64,000 bases of DNA from Octopus sinensis (GCF_006345805.1 NC_043011.1:620001-684000); one strand, 5' to 3'. Shown: positions 45,816-59,363, counted from the first letter of the stretch. Translations and numbers: made by a program. Notes: generated from the sequence alone by a model not told the origin.

Positions 45816-46754
45816 AATTGTGTAATTTACTGATACACATGTAATATAAAGGCATAAAGGCACTATACTTCTATGGATGCTAAGGATTGTTTTTTGCTAA
45901 CTTGAACTTGAATTTGCCAGTAATTTTTCAGTTGTGTTCATATTTTATCAAGAGTAAGACAAAAAGGATTACTGCAAATTATTGTAATTAACTGAATGTT
46001 GCTATCCATATCTATTGATAATGGTCTAAGTTGAGAAATGTGAGAAAGAGTAAAGAATTTTCCTATAAAATTATATGTTGATCAAAACTAAAAAGGAGAA
46101 TTCATTTGCTTGCAAGATAAAAATAATATGCAAAAATGAAATTTGTCACATTTTTTGAGAATAATATTATAGAACCATTGAAGTGACTAAATCAGTTGCA
46201 AAAATATTCCAAATTACTAAATTTTTTTCTGATTGATTTAAAATGATACCAACCACAAGAATGAGTTTTATGGAAGTTGTTTGTTAGATCTTGTTTAACT
46301 TATAAAGACCTTCAGTTTAAAAGATTACTGCAAGGATAAATTGCATTTGAGTTTTATCAGCATTATACCAAAGGTTTAAACATATCAATTGATACTAGTA
46401 TATGTCAACAAAACAAAAGAATTAACGATTTAGCACAAGTATAATCTTTATGAATTTCTAAAGTAGTGAACTAAATATGAACAGTAATATATATGCCTTT
46501 AGTCTTTTCAAAAATTGTGTTTAATGGTTTCAATATACCTAAACATATTACATGTTAACCAAAATTCAAAGAATAGTTATATCAAATGTTGTAATTTTTA
46601 TAGTATAATTAATTTGAATGCTTCATTTATTGCCTCACCACAGATAAAAAATAATTTAAGTCTATTATCAATAAAACCTTTAGTTTTTGCTGGAAACGGG
46701 GAGGCATTAAATAAATTCAGCTATAAAAAGCCTCTTCGTTTGAACGAGCATGGG

Positions 46755-46900
46755 TATGTAGCAAAAAGGTTTGCTTCCCAACCACATGGTCCTGGGTTCA
46801 GTCTTGCATGGCACCTTGGGAAAAGTGTTTTCTACTCTAGGCTCAGGCTGATCAAAGCCTTGTGAATGGATTTGGTTGATGAAAACTGAAAGTAGTTCAT
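46755..46900 (+). mobile_element. SINE family A, 5' half
   Basis: Degenerate head and body ending in (TA)n. Confidence 0.75.
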
Positions 46901-46930
46901 CATAATAATGCATATGTGTGTGTGTGTATG

Positions 46931-46995
<65 letters not shown>

Positions 46996-47178
46996 TTATA
47001 TAGTACAAAGTAAGATAGGGGTTATGAAAGTAGCCCACTATGGGATATCAGTTATCCAATATACTGCTGGTTAAAGTACCCAAATACTAAATACATAAAT
47101 GCTTATAATTGCAATGCAATTAATTCATTTATTGTATTGAATGGGTGATGGTAAAAATTATTTTACCGTAAATTCATA

Positions 47179-47532
47179 ATACAAATAAGAAAATGGAGGA
47201 AAAAATTCATTTCGATCATCAACTTACAGATATTACAATTTCACATTATTTATTAATTATACAAATAGGAACATGAAAATCGAACAAAACAATATACATC
47301 AATATGCAAAATAATAATAAAAAAAAATAATACAAATAAACTGTTCCTCACAGCTGTTTCAGCCTGAGCAGTTTATTTGTATTATTTTTCTAATTATTAT
47401 TTTGCATATTGATGTATATTGTTTTGTTCGATTTTCATGTTCCTATTTGTATAATTAATAAATAATGTGAAATTGTAATATCCGTAAGTTGATGATCAAA
47501 ATGAATTTGTTCCTCCATTTTCTTATTTGTAT
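47179..47532. repeat. Inverted repeat (~168-bp arms, 19-bp spacer), Penelope-type fold-back
   Basis: Arms 47179-47346 and 47366-47532; the spacer reads GGCUGAAACAGCUGUGAG on the minus strand. Confidence 0.88.
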
Positions 47533-47564
47533 ATACTTATGTATACATATACATACAAATGTGT

Positions 47565-47795
47565 GTGTGAGTATCTTTGTGTCTGTGTTTGTCCCTCCAC
47601 TGCTGCTTGACAACTTGTGTTGGTGTGTTTACATCTCTGTAACTTAACAGTTCGGCAAACAAGACCAATAGAATAAACCTTAAAAATAAAAAGCAACTAA
47701 GTACTGGGGTCAATTTGTTTAACTAAAATCCTTCAAGGAGATGCTGTTGCATGGCTGCACTTCATGACTGAAACAAGGTCAGAAATAAAAGATAA
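47565..47795 (+). mobile_element. SINE family A, 3' half (old)
   Basis: GTCTGTGTTTGTCCC...ACTGAAACAAG. Confidence 0.7.
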
Positions 47796-48036
47796 AATGG
47801 ATGTAGATATATTCTCAATTGTTCTTGGTACCATGCATTATCCTGACAAGGTTGGTATCAAGTATTTCTGGGTGCTTATGCAGAATCTGTCCTTAACCTA
47901 ATTTACATAGATATAGTCAAATAGTAACAGACCTGTTTACAGTTATTTGGAGACTGAAATATTTCACATGCATCCTGGATAATCTTCCACTGGTTATTCT
48001 TTTTACCCTCTGTTTCAGATTCAATATTCTGTCAAA

Positions 48037-48040
48037 AGTT

Positions 48041-48081
<41 letters not shown>

Positions 48082-51030
48082 GTCGTCGACGTCGTTAAAC
48101 GTCTGCTTTCCATGCTGGCATGGGTTGAGCCGTTTGACTGAGGACTGGCAAGCCAGGAGGCTGCACCAGACTCCAATCTGATCTGGTAAGGTTTCTACAG
48201 CTGGATACCCTTCCTAACACCAACCACTCCGAGAATGTAATGGGTGCTTTTTACATGCCATCAGCATGGGGGCCAGTCAGGCGGCACTGGCAATGACCAT
48301 GCTTGAAGGGTGCCACTGGTATAGGACCAGTGAGGGGGCACTGGCATCAATTACGCTTGCATGGTGCTTTTCACATGTCACTGGCACGGAAGTCAGTCTG
48401 GTGTTACTGGCATTGACCATGCTTGAATGGTGCTTTTCATGTGCCACTGGCATGGGTGCCAGTCAGGTGGTACTGGCATTGGCCATGACAATGATTTCAC
48501 TTGATTCAACAGGTCTTCTCAAGCACAGCATATTACCCTATGATTGAAGGGTACTCTTAAATGGGCTAGTTATGCAAAACTGGCAAAGGCCACAGTTATG
48601 GTCTCACTTGGCTTGCCGGGTCTTCTCAAGCACAGCATATCTCCAAAGGTCTCAGTCACTTGTCATTGCCTCTGTGAGGCCCAACATTTGAAGGTTGTGC
48701 TTCACCACTTCATTCCAGGTCTTCCACAGGTTCCCTCCACTGTTAGGGTGAAAAATCACACAGCTGTCCTCATCCATATGTAACACATGACCATACCAGT
48801 GCAGTCATCTCTCTTGCTCACCATATCTGATGCTTTTTGTATTCAACTTTTCTCTCAGGGTGCTTACACTCTGTCGTGTATGCATGACACATCGGAGCAT
48901 ACTAACTTCATTTCTTGCAAGCTTATGCATGTCCTCAGCAGTCACAGCCCATGTTTCACTGCCACGTAGCATGGCTGTTCACACACATGCGTTATACAGT
49001 CTACCTTTTCACTCTGAGAGAGAGGCCCTTTGTTACCTGCAGAGGTAGGAGCTCTCTGAACTTTGCCCAGGCTATTCTTATTCTAGCAGCTATGCTCTCA
49101 GAGCATCCACCCCAGCTCCTGGTCACCTAGCTAATAGAAGCTATCAGCTACTTCTTGCTTTTCCCCCTGGCATGTGATGGAAGCTGTTTTTTGTACGTTT
49201 TCAGTGTTTAATGCTCTGTGCATCTGCCACACATAATAAACTATCTTCCCTGTTAGCCTTCCTTTGATATTGCTGCATGTCTTATGCATCCATAGCTTAC
49301 ACTGGGTACATCTTATGGAGGTTCTACCTACGCCTTTTCTACAGATTGATCAGGGCCATCTACCTGAGGGGATTGTGATTTATCTTCCTTCCTACTTACT
49401 AAGACTTTGGTTTTAGCTAGATTGACTCAAAGGCCCTCTGATTCTAGACCTTGCTTCCACACCCTAAACCTCGTCTCTAGTTCTAGTAGTGACTTGGCTA
49501 TTAGAGCAAGGTCATCAGCATAGAGGAGCTCCCAGGGGATCCTGTTTTGACTTTCTCTGTTATTGGCTGTTGGACTATGATGAATAAGAGGGGGCTAAGG
49601 TAGACCCCTACCCCTACCCAGAATTCTTCACTATACTCATTGCCAACCCTCACCTAACTGACAGCATCCCTGTACATGGCTTATACAACTCTCACTAACC
49701 ACTCATTTATTCCTAGTTTCCACATTTACCACCAGATAAGGGATTGAGGGACCCTGTCAAAGGCTTTCTCCATGTCAACAAAAGCCAAGTACAGAGGTTT
49801 ATCTTTGGTTCTAGACCTTGCTTCCACACCCTAAACTTCGTCTCTAGTTCTAGTAGTGACTTGGCTATTAGAGCAAGGTCATCAGAAATATAGCAACAGT
49901 GGTCACAAACCCAAACTGCATCTCATCTAAACTCTCTTCCTAATTAGTTGGGCTATGACCCTCTCGGTGACTTTCATCATCTGATCCAAGAATTTGATAC
50001 CTCTGTAATTATTCATATCAAATGCATCACCTTTACCTTTGTAGCAGCTGACTATGGTGCTGCTGCACCAATCATTGGGTATGACTCCATATATCACCTG
50101 ATTGACTATACAGGTAACTAGACTACCCTGCCAGATATTTCGGGCATCTCTGCAGTGATTCCTGATGGGCCAGGGACTTTCACTGTCTTCATGCTTTTAA
50201 TTGCTTTATCTACCAAAGTACTCTCAATTCAGATAGCTGGTCCCTCTGTTGGGTCGACGTTTGGTAGACTCTCTTTCTCCCATTCATTCTCTTCACTTAG
50301 CAACCTTTCATAGTGGCATCTCCAAAACTCTCTCTTTGCAGCCTCAATAAATGCAAGTGAGCCATCATCCATGTGGACACATTTCTCTCCTATGACATCA
50401 TGATTCTCTCTCACACACTGTCTTGCAACATGTAACTCTTCATTTTTTTTTTCTACTTCTCCTCTGGCTAAGTAAACCTGTCTCCTAGCTTCCCTTCATG
50501 CGATCTGTTACAGTTCCCTGCTACCACCATTCTTCCAGTCCTTCCATGCCTGTTTCTTTTCTCTAATGGTCCTGTCAACTACATTGTTCCATCACCACAT
50601 TACCTTAGGTCGAGACGGGATTTTGCACCATCCACAGATCTGGCCAGTAGCCCTCAACAGGTTGTCATGTAGGAACCTTCAGTTGTCTTCCACATTATGT
50701 GATACTATATCCTCCTCTTTTTTGTCAAAAGCTTTGAGTTACATCTCTAAATCTCAGTTCATTCACAGGATCACAGGATCCTTAAGCTTCCAGACCCTTC
50801 TTTTCCATGCTGGTCATCTTCTGGGTATCCATTTAGCACCGATCCTGAAGTCACTAGCTACTAACCTATGTTGTAGGGGTGCATTCTTCACCTGGGAAGG
50901 TTTTGGCATTTATAAGTAGCCTTCTTTCCTGTTTCTTGGTGAGAATGTAGTCAATCTGACTAGTGTGTTCATCAGACTGGTAGGTGAACAGGTGACTGGC
51001 AGGCTTCCTGAAGTTATTATAATGTCTGTA
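48037..51030 (-). mobile_element. 5'-truncated degenerate RTE-clade LINE (endonuclease C-terminus, RT, repetitive 3' UTR, (GAT)n tail)
   Basis: HTSQIDYIL (APE), WRCHYERLLSEENEW, LAFVDMEKAFDRVP, PWELLYADDL; ~55-bp tandem units at 48240-48500; (CAT)n at 48045-48080. Confidence 0.88.
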
Positions 51031-51719
51031 CAATTCTTTGATGGCACTACTAATTCAGCAGTATCAATTCCAGTTGGTTAATCCAACTGCTGTGTTATTA
51101 ATGCTACTTCTTTAAGAAACTACTTTGATAATATAATCTTTTCTAAAGTGAATATTATTGGAAGACTTAATGGCAGAATCAAGAAAACATGACACTTTCA
51201 TTAAAAGCATAGAAACACAGACTTGGAGAAAAAGCATTTCATGTTACTCTACTTCTGATGTGAAATTTTTATATAATGGAAAACCTATGGATATGAAGCC
51301 ACCAAATTGTCATCCTTTCATCTTTACAGTTCACGCAGCAAATTGAATTGATTAATATGACACAGCTGTGTCGGAAGAGTATGAAACTGCTATAAGTATT
51401 TGAAATTATTTATATTGCCAATCAATCAGCAATATTCTTAAAACAGAACCTTTTGATTATTTTCGTGTATTTCAGTATGTAATAAATATTGAATATATCT
51501 TAGCCTTTTCATTCAGAAGAAAGACTTGTGATCATTGATAACCAATTTAGTGAAATTTTGTTCATATAAATTTAATGAAAATTATTTTGTATGCTTATTC
51601 TGTCAGTAAACCTGTTAATCATATTTGTCTTAGAAAAGTTTTAGCTTCTGATATATTATAAAATTGTTTAGCATCTTCAATTTTGAAGCAATTATTTCTT
51701 AATATTTAAGAAGCTACTT

Positions 51720-53010
51720 TGATAAAGCAAAATTACTTGCACGGTTGTTTTCCAATAATTCCACCTTTGGCTCATTTGAGCATGTTCTTCCAGACTTTCA
51801 TTCTTGATGTTATGTTCATTTATCTGACTTACATATTATTTGTTCATCTTTGGCAAATGTAATTGCCAGTTTCAGTACTTATATAGCTTCTTGTTCTGGT
51901 AATATTCCTTCTGCTATTTTGCAAACGACCTCTTCTAAACTAACAAATGCTTAGCAAAATCTTTTCATCTTATTGGAAATCAGATTCTGTTATTCCTCTT
52001 TTCATAATCTGCTCTAAATACTGCTTAATCAGCCTTCACATTATCGTTTACAAAGTTTTTGATCAATCAAGTTTTTATCTTGAACTTCAAATCATTTAGT
52101 CTCATTCTTAACAAACTGTAAGTTTAGATTCTGTAACTTTAGATTCCACTACTGACTATCTGACTGTGATAAATGAATGGTGTGGCTGTTATTGTTTCCC
52201 TTGGAAGCATTTGATAAGGTTTGACATGCTAAGACTCTTAAGCATAATCAAGATTAAGACATGCGAAATTACTGGGGAGATCATTAGGATTCTTGAACTT
52301 ACTCTTTACTCTTTATACTCTTTTACTTGTTTCAGTCATTTGACTGCGGCCATGCTGGAGCACCGCCTTTAATTGAGCACCTCGACCCCGGGACTTGTTC
52401 TTTGTAAGCCCAGTACTTATTCTATCGGTCTCTTTTGCCGAACCGCTAAGTGATGGGGACATAAACACACCAGCATCGGTTATCAAGCAATGTTAGGGGG
52501 ACAAACACAGACACACATATATACATGCACACACATATATATATATACATATATACGACGGGCTTCTTTCAGTTTCCATCTACCTAATCCACTCACAAGG
52601 CATTGGTCGGCCCAGGGCTATAGCAGAAGACACTTGCCCAAGGTGCCACGCAGTGGGACTGAACCCGGAACCATGTGGTCGGTAAACAAGCTACTTACCA
52701 CACAGCCACTACTGCGCCTGGATAAAATTTTTTAAATGACCATCTACCTTCTACTTAATCCATATAATATGGAGTTCCTCAAGGTTGTAATCTTAATCTG
52801 ATTCTTTTTGCTTTGATTTATAGTCTTCTGGATGATATCATGTCTAACCTTGTTACCTTGGCTAATGGTACTTCACATTTTTGCCTTAAAAGGATGTCTG
52901 ATTTTGTTTGTGTGAATGGAAATGCCTGGTTCTCTTCTAGAGCTGAACCTGGTTTGGCAACTTATCTATGTCCAATAATTGATTAAATGAGTAACTGGAC
53001 CTAAACAGAC
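51720..53010 (+). pseudogene. Very degenerate CR1-type RT, split by a SINE
   Basis: KAKLLARLFSNNS, FSSYWKSDSVIPLF, AFDKV(stop)HA, GVPQG. Confidence 0.55.
52305..52718 (-). mobile_element. SINE family A, full-length
   Basis: Reverse complement of the family consensus. Confidence 0.9.
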
Positions 53011-53551
53011 CATCTTTCTGAGTAGTGCCATCAACTTATAAAATGGCTTATTCGTTTATTTATTAAGGTAATAACAGAAACATACACATGCACGCGCACA
53101 CACACACACACACACACATGCACACAAATATAAGTAAACAGTTATTTAGTCTGTGTTCATGCTTAAAATATTCTGTATGTAAAATAATTATGAAGGCAAG
53201 ATTCTAATAGTTACATATATTTCCATTGTATTCTGTACCAAAAGTTTGCTCTTTTCATTTTGTCTTAACCTCCGACTTACATAGCTCCAAGTAATTTATA
53301 TTCATAATTATTTGTTGAGCACTTTCTTAGTTACTTTCAATTCTGCACATACTAAACTATTTTCCAATAACTGTAACAGAAACATTGATGATATTTCTAT
53401 TTTTGTGTGTGATACTGTTCTTAATTCCCTTAGTCTTTGTCATTTAAACTTAACTTTTTCTAAAATATTAAGATGATTCTTTTAGATCTACAGATAAATA
53501 AACCACAATGAAATTTCATCTAGCTCATTACCATCTTTTCTCCTAAGTTTG

Positions 53552-53960
53552 TTACTCTCTTTTACTCTTTTATTTGTTTCAGTCATTTGACTGCGGCCAT
53601 GCTGGAGCACTGCCTTTAATTGAGCAACTTGGCCCTGGAACTTATTTTTTTGTAAGCCCAGTACTTATTCTATCGGTCTCTTTTGCTGAACCGCTAAGTA
53701 ATGGGGACATAAACACACCAGCATCAGTTATCAAGCAATGCTAGGGGGACAAACACAGACACACAAACACACACATGCATACATATATATTTACATATAT
53801 ACGACAGGCTTCTTTCAGTTTCCGTCTACCAAATCCACTCACAAGGCTTTGGTCGGCCCGAGGCTATAGCAGAAGATACTTGCCTAAGGTGCCATGCAGT
53901 GGGACTGAACCCGGAACCATGTGGTTGGTAAACAAGCTACTTACCACCCAGCCACTCCTG
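53552..53960 (-). mobile_element. SINE family A, full-length
   Basis: Reverse complement of the family consensus. Confidence 0.9.
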
Positions 53961-53999
53961 TTAATAGCACTTGTGTGAAATAGTGTTGTCATATTTGGG

Positions 54000-54550
54000 C
54001 CAGTACCACTGCTTTTCTTTTTCCTGTTCTTCATTGAGTTTGAAAGCAAAATTCTAGTAATGCTTGTCCTGTTTGAACTGCTAAATTCCCACCACTTGAC
54101 CATTGCTTCAACATTGCTTTTTATGTCTATTCTAAAAATATTTCCATGAATCTTAATTCAGCCAAACTTTCTTATTTTGTTCCTTCTCTTATGATTACAA
54201 TTTTAGTAACTCATCTCCTTTCTAATTCTCGTCCTTTTATTGTTGTTCTCCTCTTGAAGGAAGAGTTTCTGCACAATGGATGGATTTTTTTCCTCACCTT
54301 GTTTCCCAATAAATATAATCTTAATTCTTTTAAATCTTATGTTTGTCATTTTATGACTTTTAGAGTAGCCTCTTATGTGATATTTTACTTTTTCTTTTAT
54401 AAATCTCAACAAACTATGTTGTTGTTTGAAGCTTGTTAGGAGAGGCTCCCCATAAAAAATATCAGAAGTTAGAGCATACCAAGCATACCATCCCAACTTT
54501 TGTTTAATTATATTTCCTTCAATCATCTGTAAATTTGGAATTTTCAAACT
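54000..54550 (-). pseudogene. Probable degenerate LINE RT fragment
   Basis: IFIGKQGEEKNPS and SFKQQHSLLRF are reminiscent of RT domain 1-2 motifs; weak. Confidence 0.3.
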
Positions 54551-55584
54551 GTATTATATCACAATGGGCTTTGGCATGTAAGTGTTGAATTTGAACATTT
54601 TGGGGGAAAAATTAGATAATGATGAAGAAATGAAAATAACTTTAGAATACTTTGGAATTTTCTGACCATAACAAACTTATGAATTTTGTTGTGTCTGGGG
54701 AGAGTCATTCTCTTTTAGTGCCTTATTATTTAACGCACTCACCGGTAAAATTTCCACTTATTTCTTATTTTTAAGAACTTATGAATGTTCCTGGAAAAAG
54801 TGAATTTGAATGATGATTCAGATAGTTTGTCCTCAGAATAATATTTTGTGTTAGATTTACTAATAGTAATATGAATTTGTTTTTCTTTATAAATTAAGCA
54901 TAACATGTAACAAAAAATTATTTTGATACTATATTGTAACCAATAATATTCACTATGATTGTTGAGATAAAGAAATACCATTCAGTGAAAACTTTTCCAG
55001 TTTAGAATTTTCATTTCATATCTACTAGTATGTCAGATAGTTAGGATTTATGAAGAAGCTGGGCAGGGTAATTTGTATTTTTAAACGGTTCTGAAACATC
55101 TCTCTTTCTCTCTTTTACTGTTTTAGCTCTTTCATTTTACCTTCTAGGTAGCCTTCTGGGTCAACACATGAAGAGGTTTAGTCAATCATGTAGGCCCCCA
55201 GGTTTCACCTTTTTTTTTAGCATGCAACGTCCTTTTATAATATCTACTTATTGAACAGCTGTGTAGTAGAAAATAAACAAGTCATTGGACATAGACAAAT
55301 AGACCAGTTTTTGAGCAGTTTCAAAATGAAAACGGCTGTAGGACACCCAAATGAAGTGATAAATATAAACAAATAAATGTATACTATTAATGATATAGGC
55401 GATTACTTTTAATGAAAGTTTATCATTTTATAAAATATCCGTAATATATGATTCTGTGGCACTGGAGTTGCCACAAAAGTCTGCAATGTTTGACTCAAAA
55501 GCCTTAATGGAGGTTGTCTCCATTTTAAAGTTGGATGAATGAGTATTAATTCCTTATTGAATTCATGGGTATTGTTATTTTATA

Positions 55585-55730
55585 TATCCATCATCATCAT
55601 CATCATCATCATCATCGTTTAACGTCCGTTCTCCATGCTAGCATGGGTTGGACGGTTCAACTGGGGTCTGGGAAGCCAGAAGGCTGCACCAGGCCCAGTC
55701 TGATCTGGCAGTGTTTCTACAGCAGGATGT
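55585..55730 (-). mobile_element. RTE 3' UTR tip with (GAT)n tail
   Basis: CATCATCGTTTAACGTCCGTTCTCCATGCTAGCATGGG. Confidence 0.8.
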
Positions 55731-56149
55731 AAATAAAAATAGCTACTGCATGAGTGCAATGGTTTTGCTTCACCCAGTTTGATGCAATGGCTCCTTTAAT
55801 GCAATGATTAAAGGAGAAAGGGAGTTATAATATGGACCCAAATAACTTGGACATACTATGGAAGTATCAATGCTGTTTTTTCACTGCTGAAAGAAATGAT
55901 GATGTTGAAATTGTTGAAATCATTGTCTATAGTCCACAGCTAATACAGAGAGTGTCCTTCAGAGCGACTGTATGTATGATGATGATGATGACAATGAGGA
56001 TGACAACAGAAATGGCAATGATGACAGAATGTATGTTTTGTGTGTGTGTGTGTGAGTGTGTTCATATGTATACACTCACACACATATATGCATAAATATG
56101 AATATATATATACTTACATGCATGCACACACACATATAGTATACTCAAA

Positions 56150-56231
<82 letters not shown>

Positions 56232-56232
<1 letters not shown>

Positions 56233-56375
56233 ATATACCAGAGTAAACAGATAAATGTGAAACAAGGCGGAAAAAAGAGTACTCAAATACCAGAGGTAGA
56301 GTAATATGCTTTATTTAAAAGCAGCAGAAATTCAATAATTCTGTTGAATTTCTGCTGCTTTTAAATAAAGCATAT
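56232..56375. mobile_element. Penelope pLTR end with a 32-bp inverted duplication
   Basis: Arms 56304-56335 and 56344-56375; sequence homologous to 63440-63535 (reverse complement) and 62641-62660; (TA)n on both sides. Confidence 0.75.
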
Positions 56376-57039
56376 ATATATATATACACACATATATATG
56401 AACTAAAATAGAACAGGCAATTGAATGCAGCTGAATCAATCGTCCAAAGTAAGTTCAAGGAGTTAACAAGATAGTTATCTCTCTCATTCATATAATTTCT
56501 CTAAAAGATGTAAAAACAATCAATGTTTAATGGGAAGAAACAACCTATTTACATTTGTTATAATGTAGCAAGAATTGTGTCTATTACAAAAAGTTTATTG
56601 CTCTAGGGTTGGAGACCTTCTGTTACCAGGCACAGAAATATAAATGAGTGCAATCGATTTTTTAGTTTTGAAAATTGCTTTATTTCCTTTATTTTGATTG
56701 AGTTATTGAATGTAAATATGTTTAGGATTGGCAGTTGCATTTTGTCAATACTTAACAATAAATGGAATCCTCATTGGAGTAAATTTCTTTGCTACACCTA
56801 GTTGTGGTAACCCTAGAACACTTGGTGGTGAGATGTACAGGGCTAAAGCAGTACTGACCAGTATTTTGTTTATAAAATAAACTAAACAGAGCACTGTCAG
56901 TTCAGCTGATGAGCATTCAGTTGTTCTATCCACTAATGTATCTACTCATTGGATTAATGTGTAAGTGTATGAACATTCCACAGAGAGGTGTACTCATAAC
57001 ATAATGTTCAGCCTGAATCAATATGAATCCTTTAGCCAT

Positions 57040-57424
57040 GGATGGAAGCACTCTGTTGGTTAAGACGACGAGGGTTCTGGTTGGTCCGATCAACGGAACA
57101 GCCTGCTCATGAAATTAACGTGTAAGTGGCTGAGCACTCCACAGACACGTGTACCCTTAACGTAGTTCTCGGGGATATTCAGTGTGACACAGAGAGTGAC
57201 AAGGCTGGCCCTTTGAAATACAGGTACAACAGAAACAGGAAGTAAGAGTGAGAGAAAGTTGTGGTGAAAGAGTACAGCAGGGATCACCACCATCCCTGCC
57301 GGAGCCTCGTGGAGCTTTTAGGTGTTTTCGCTCAATAAACACTCACAACGCCTGGTCTGGGAATCGAAACCGCCATCCTACGACCGCGAGTCTGCTGCCC
57401 TAACCACTGGGCCATTGCGCCTCC
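57040..57424 (-). mobile_element. SINE family C (tail type 2)
   Basis: 12-bp TSD TCCTTTAGCCAT (57028-57039, 57425-57436). Confidence 0.92.
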
Positions 57425-57969
57425 TCCTTTAGCCATACTGCATTCACTACCTTGTAATACTGAACTAAAATATTTGTTGTGGTTACGGAGAATAGAATCG
57501 AGAAGTCACTATAAGAAATCTTACTCTGAAACATAATCTAATGTTGAAGGCTTCAGTGTTGAGCCATGTCAATAGCTTGCATTACAATTTGATATGTATA
57601 TCTTGAGTAAATTAGAGTAGACAGTCTATAGATTTGAATGAAAAATATTTATCAGAAAGAGAGTGAGAGTACGATGAAGTAAATTGTGGTTAGTAGAGTG
57701 AATAGTTACTAGATGTCAATAATGTTTTATTTTGCCGTTGGTTTTCTGATAATTTAAAAAACTTTTGCTAAAATGATTTAAGCAAAACTTACAGAGGGTG
57801 GTGAGTACTTGTCACTTGATGAGGATCTTGAAGATGTTTTTTGTTTGAATATGAAGGACTTATTGAAATTCTTCAGGCAGTCACATTTCGATTAAAATCG
57901 AACTGTTTTATGAAAACTTCTACAGAAATGTTTGCTAGTTCACTGTTGCCAGCCTTCTACAATTATCCA

Positions 57970-58357
57970 AGTGGAGGCGCAATGGCCCAGTGGTTAGGGT
58001 AGCGGACTCGCGGTCGTAGGATCATGGTTTTGATTCCCAGACCGGGCGTTGTGAGTGTTTATTGAGCGAAAACACCTAAAAAAGCTCCATGAGGCGCCGG
58101 CAGGGGATGGTGGTGATCCCTGCTGTACTCTTTCACCACAACTTTCTCTCACTCTTACTTCCTGTTTCTGTTGTACCTGTATTTCAAAGGGCCGGCCTTG
58201 TCACTCTCTATGTCACGCTGAATATCCCCGAGAACTACGTTAAGGGTACACGTGTCTGTGGAGTGCTCAGCCACTTACATGTTAATTTTACGAGCAGGCT
58301 GTTCCGTTGGTCGGATCAACCGGAATCCTCGTCGTCGTAACCGATGGAGTGCTTCCA
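57970..58357 (+). mobile_element. SINE family C (tail type 2)
   Basis: 11-bp TSD ACAATTATCCA (57959-57969, 58360-58370). Confidence 0.92.
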
Positions 58358-59113
58358 CCACAATTATCCAGCTTATTGATTTCAATTCAAAGATAAAATG
58401 AAAATTATAGTAATGATAATGGCTTCAAACTTAGGTGCAAAGTTACAAGTTTTGTGGTCGGCTATTGTTGATTAAATTAACTACAGTATTTCACTGGTAC
58501 TTTTGTCCTTTTTCAATAAGTAAAAAAAGTCAACTTTGAAACAGAAATTAATGGAATAGAAGCAAACCATTGTAAGGCATTTTGCCAGACCCTCAACTGA
58601 TTCTTCCATCTAATGCCCTTGATTCTTCCTGCCATCGCCCTAATAATAATGATGATGATGATGATGATGGGAGACAGATGTTGGCTATCAGATTGAAAAC
58701 AGAGGTCTGAGGAATAATTATCTACTTTTCATGGATGACCTGAATCTCTTTGGTAAGACTGAATCAGTTTGATTGACTGGTCAGAACTGTGCATTAGTGC
58801 TGTGAAGACAATAGGATGGAGTTTGGTACTGCATAGTGTACCACCCTGTCTATGAAAAGAAGTAAGAACGTAGCGGAACTGAATTACCTGATTGAGACTC
58901 AAGTTGGTGAACCTGAGGATAGTGAGCACAAAAAATATCTGGGCATTTTGTTAATAGACAAAGTTCTAAATGAGAAGATGAAAGGAAGTGTGAAGGAAAT
59001 TTATCTAAACAGGTTAGAACTACTACTGAAAATGAAATTGAATGGGTTGAGCTTGATTACTGCTGTCAAAGTCTGAACTCTGTCAACTACTTGATATAGT
59101 GTGGCTATTTTAA

Positions 59114-59334
59114 CCCTTCAGTGTTCAGATTAATCTGTTAAGTGTAATACTGTTTTCACTCAAATCATTTAAAATTAATCATACATTATCTTACAGCTTT
59201 GAAGTTTCAATGGTGTGATAGTTTATTCATAGAATGTCAATGTAGGTTAGGTGTGAGAGGTTAAATATGGCCAGTTTGAATGTAAATCATGTAGGATATT
59301 TGGGTCAGATATGGCCAGCTTAAACACCAAAGGG
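59114..59334. mobile_element. piggyBac-like MITE
   Basis: TTAA on both sides; ends CCCTTCAGTGTT / AACACCAAAGGG. Confidence 0.7.
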
Positions 59335-59363
59335 TTAAATAGGATTAAAAATGAAATAGACAT

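Noticed and set aside
54203-54547. 114-aa minus-strand ORF as a host exon
   Set aside because: It has only weak RT-like words and no clear splice context; more likely a decayed LINE.
57970-58045. SINE heads as genuine tRNA genes
   Set aside because: A and B boxes are present but they continue into SINE bodies with TSDs, and no complete cloverleaf is evident.
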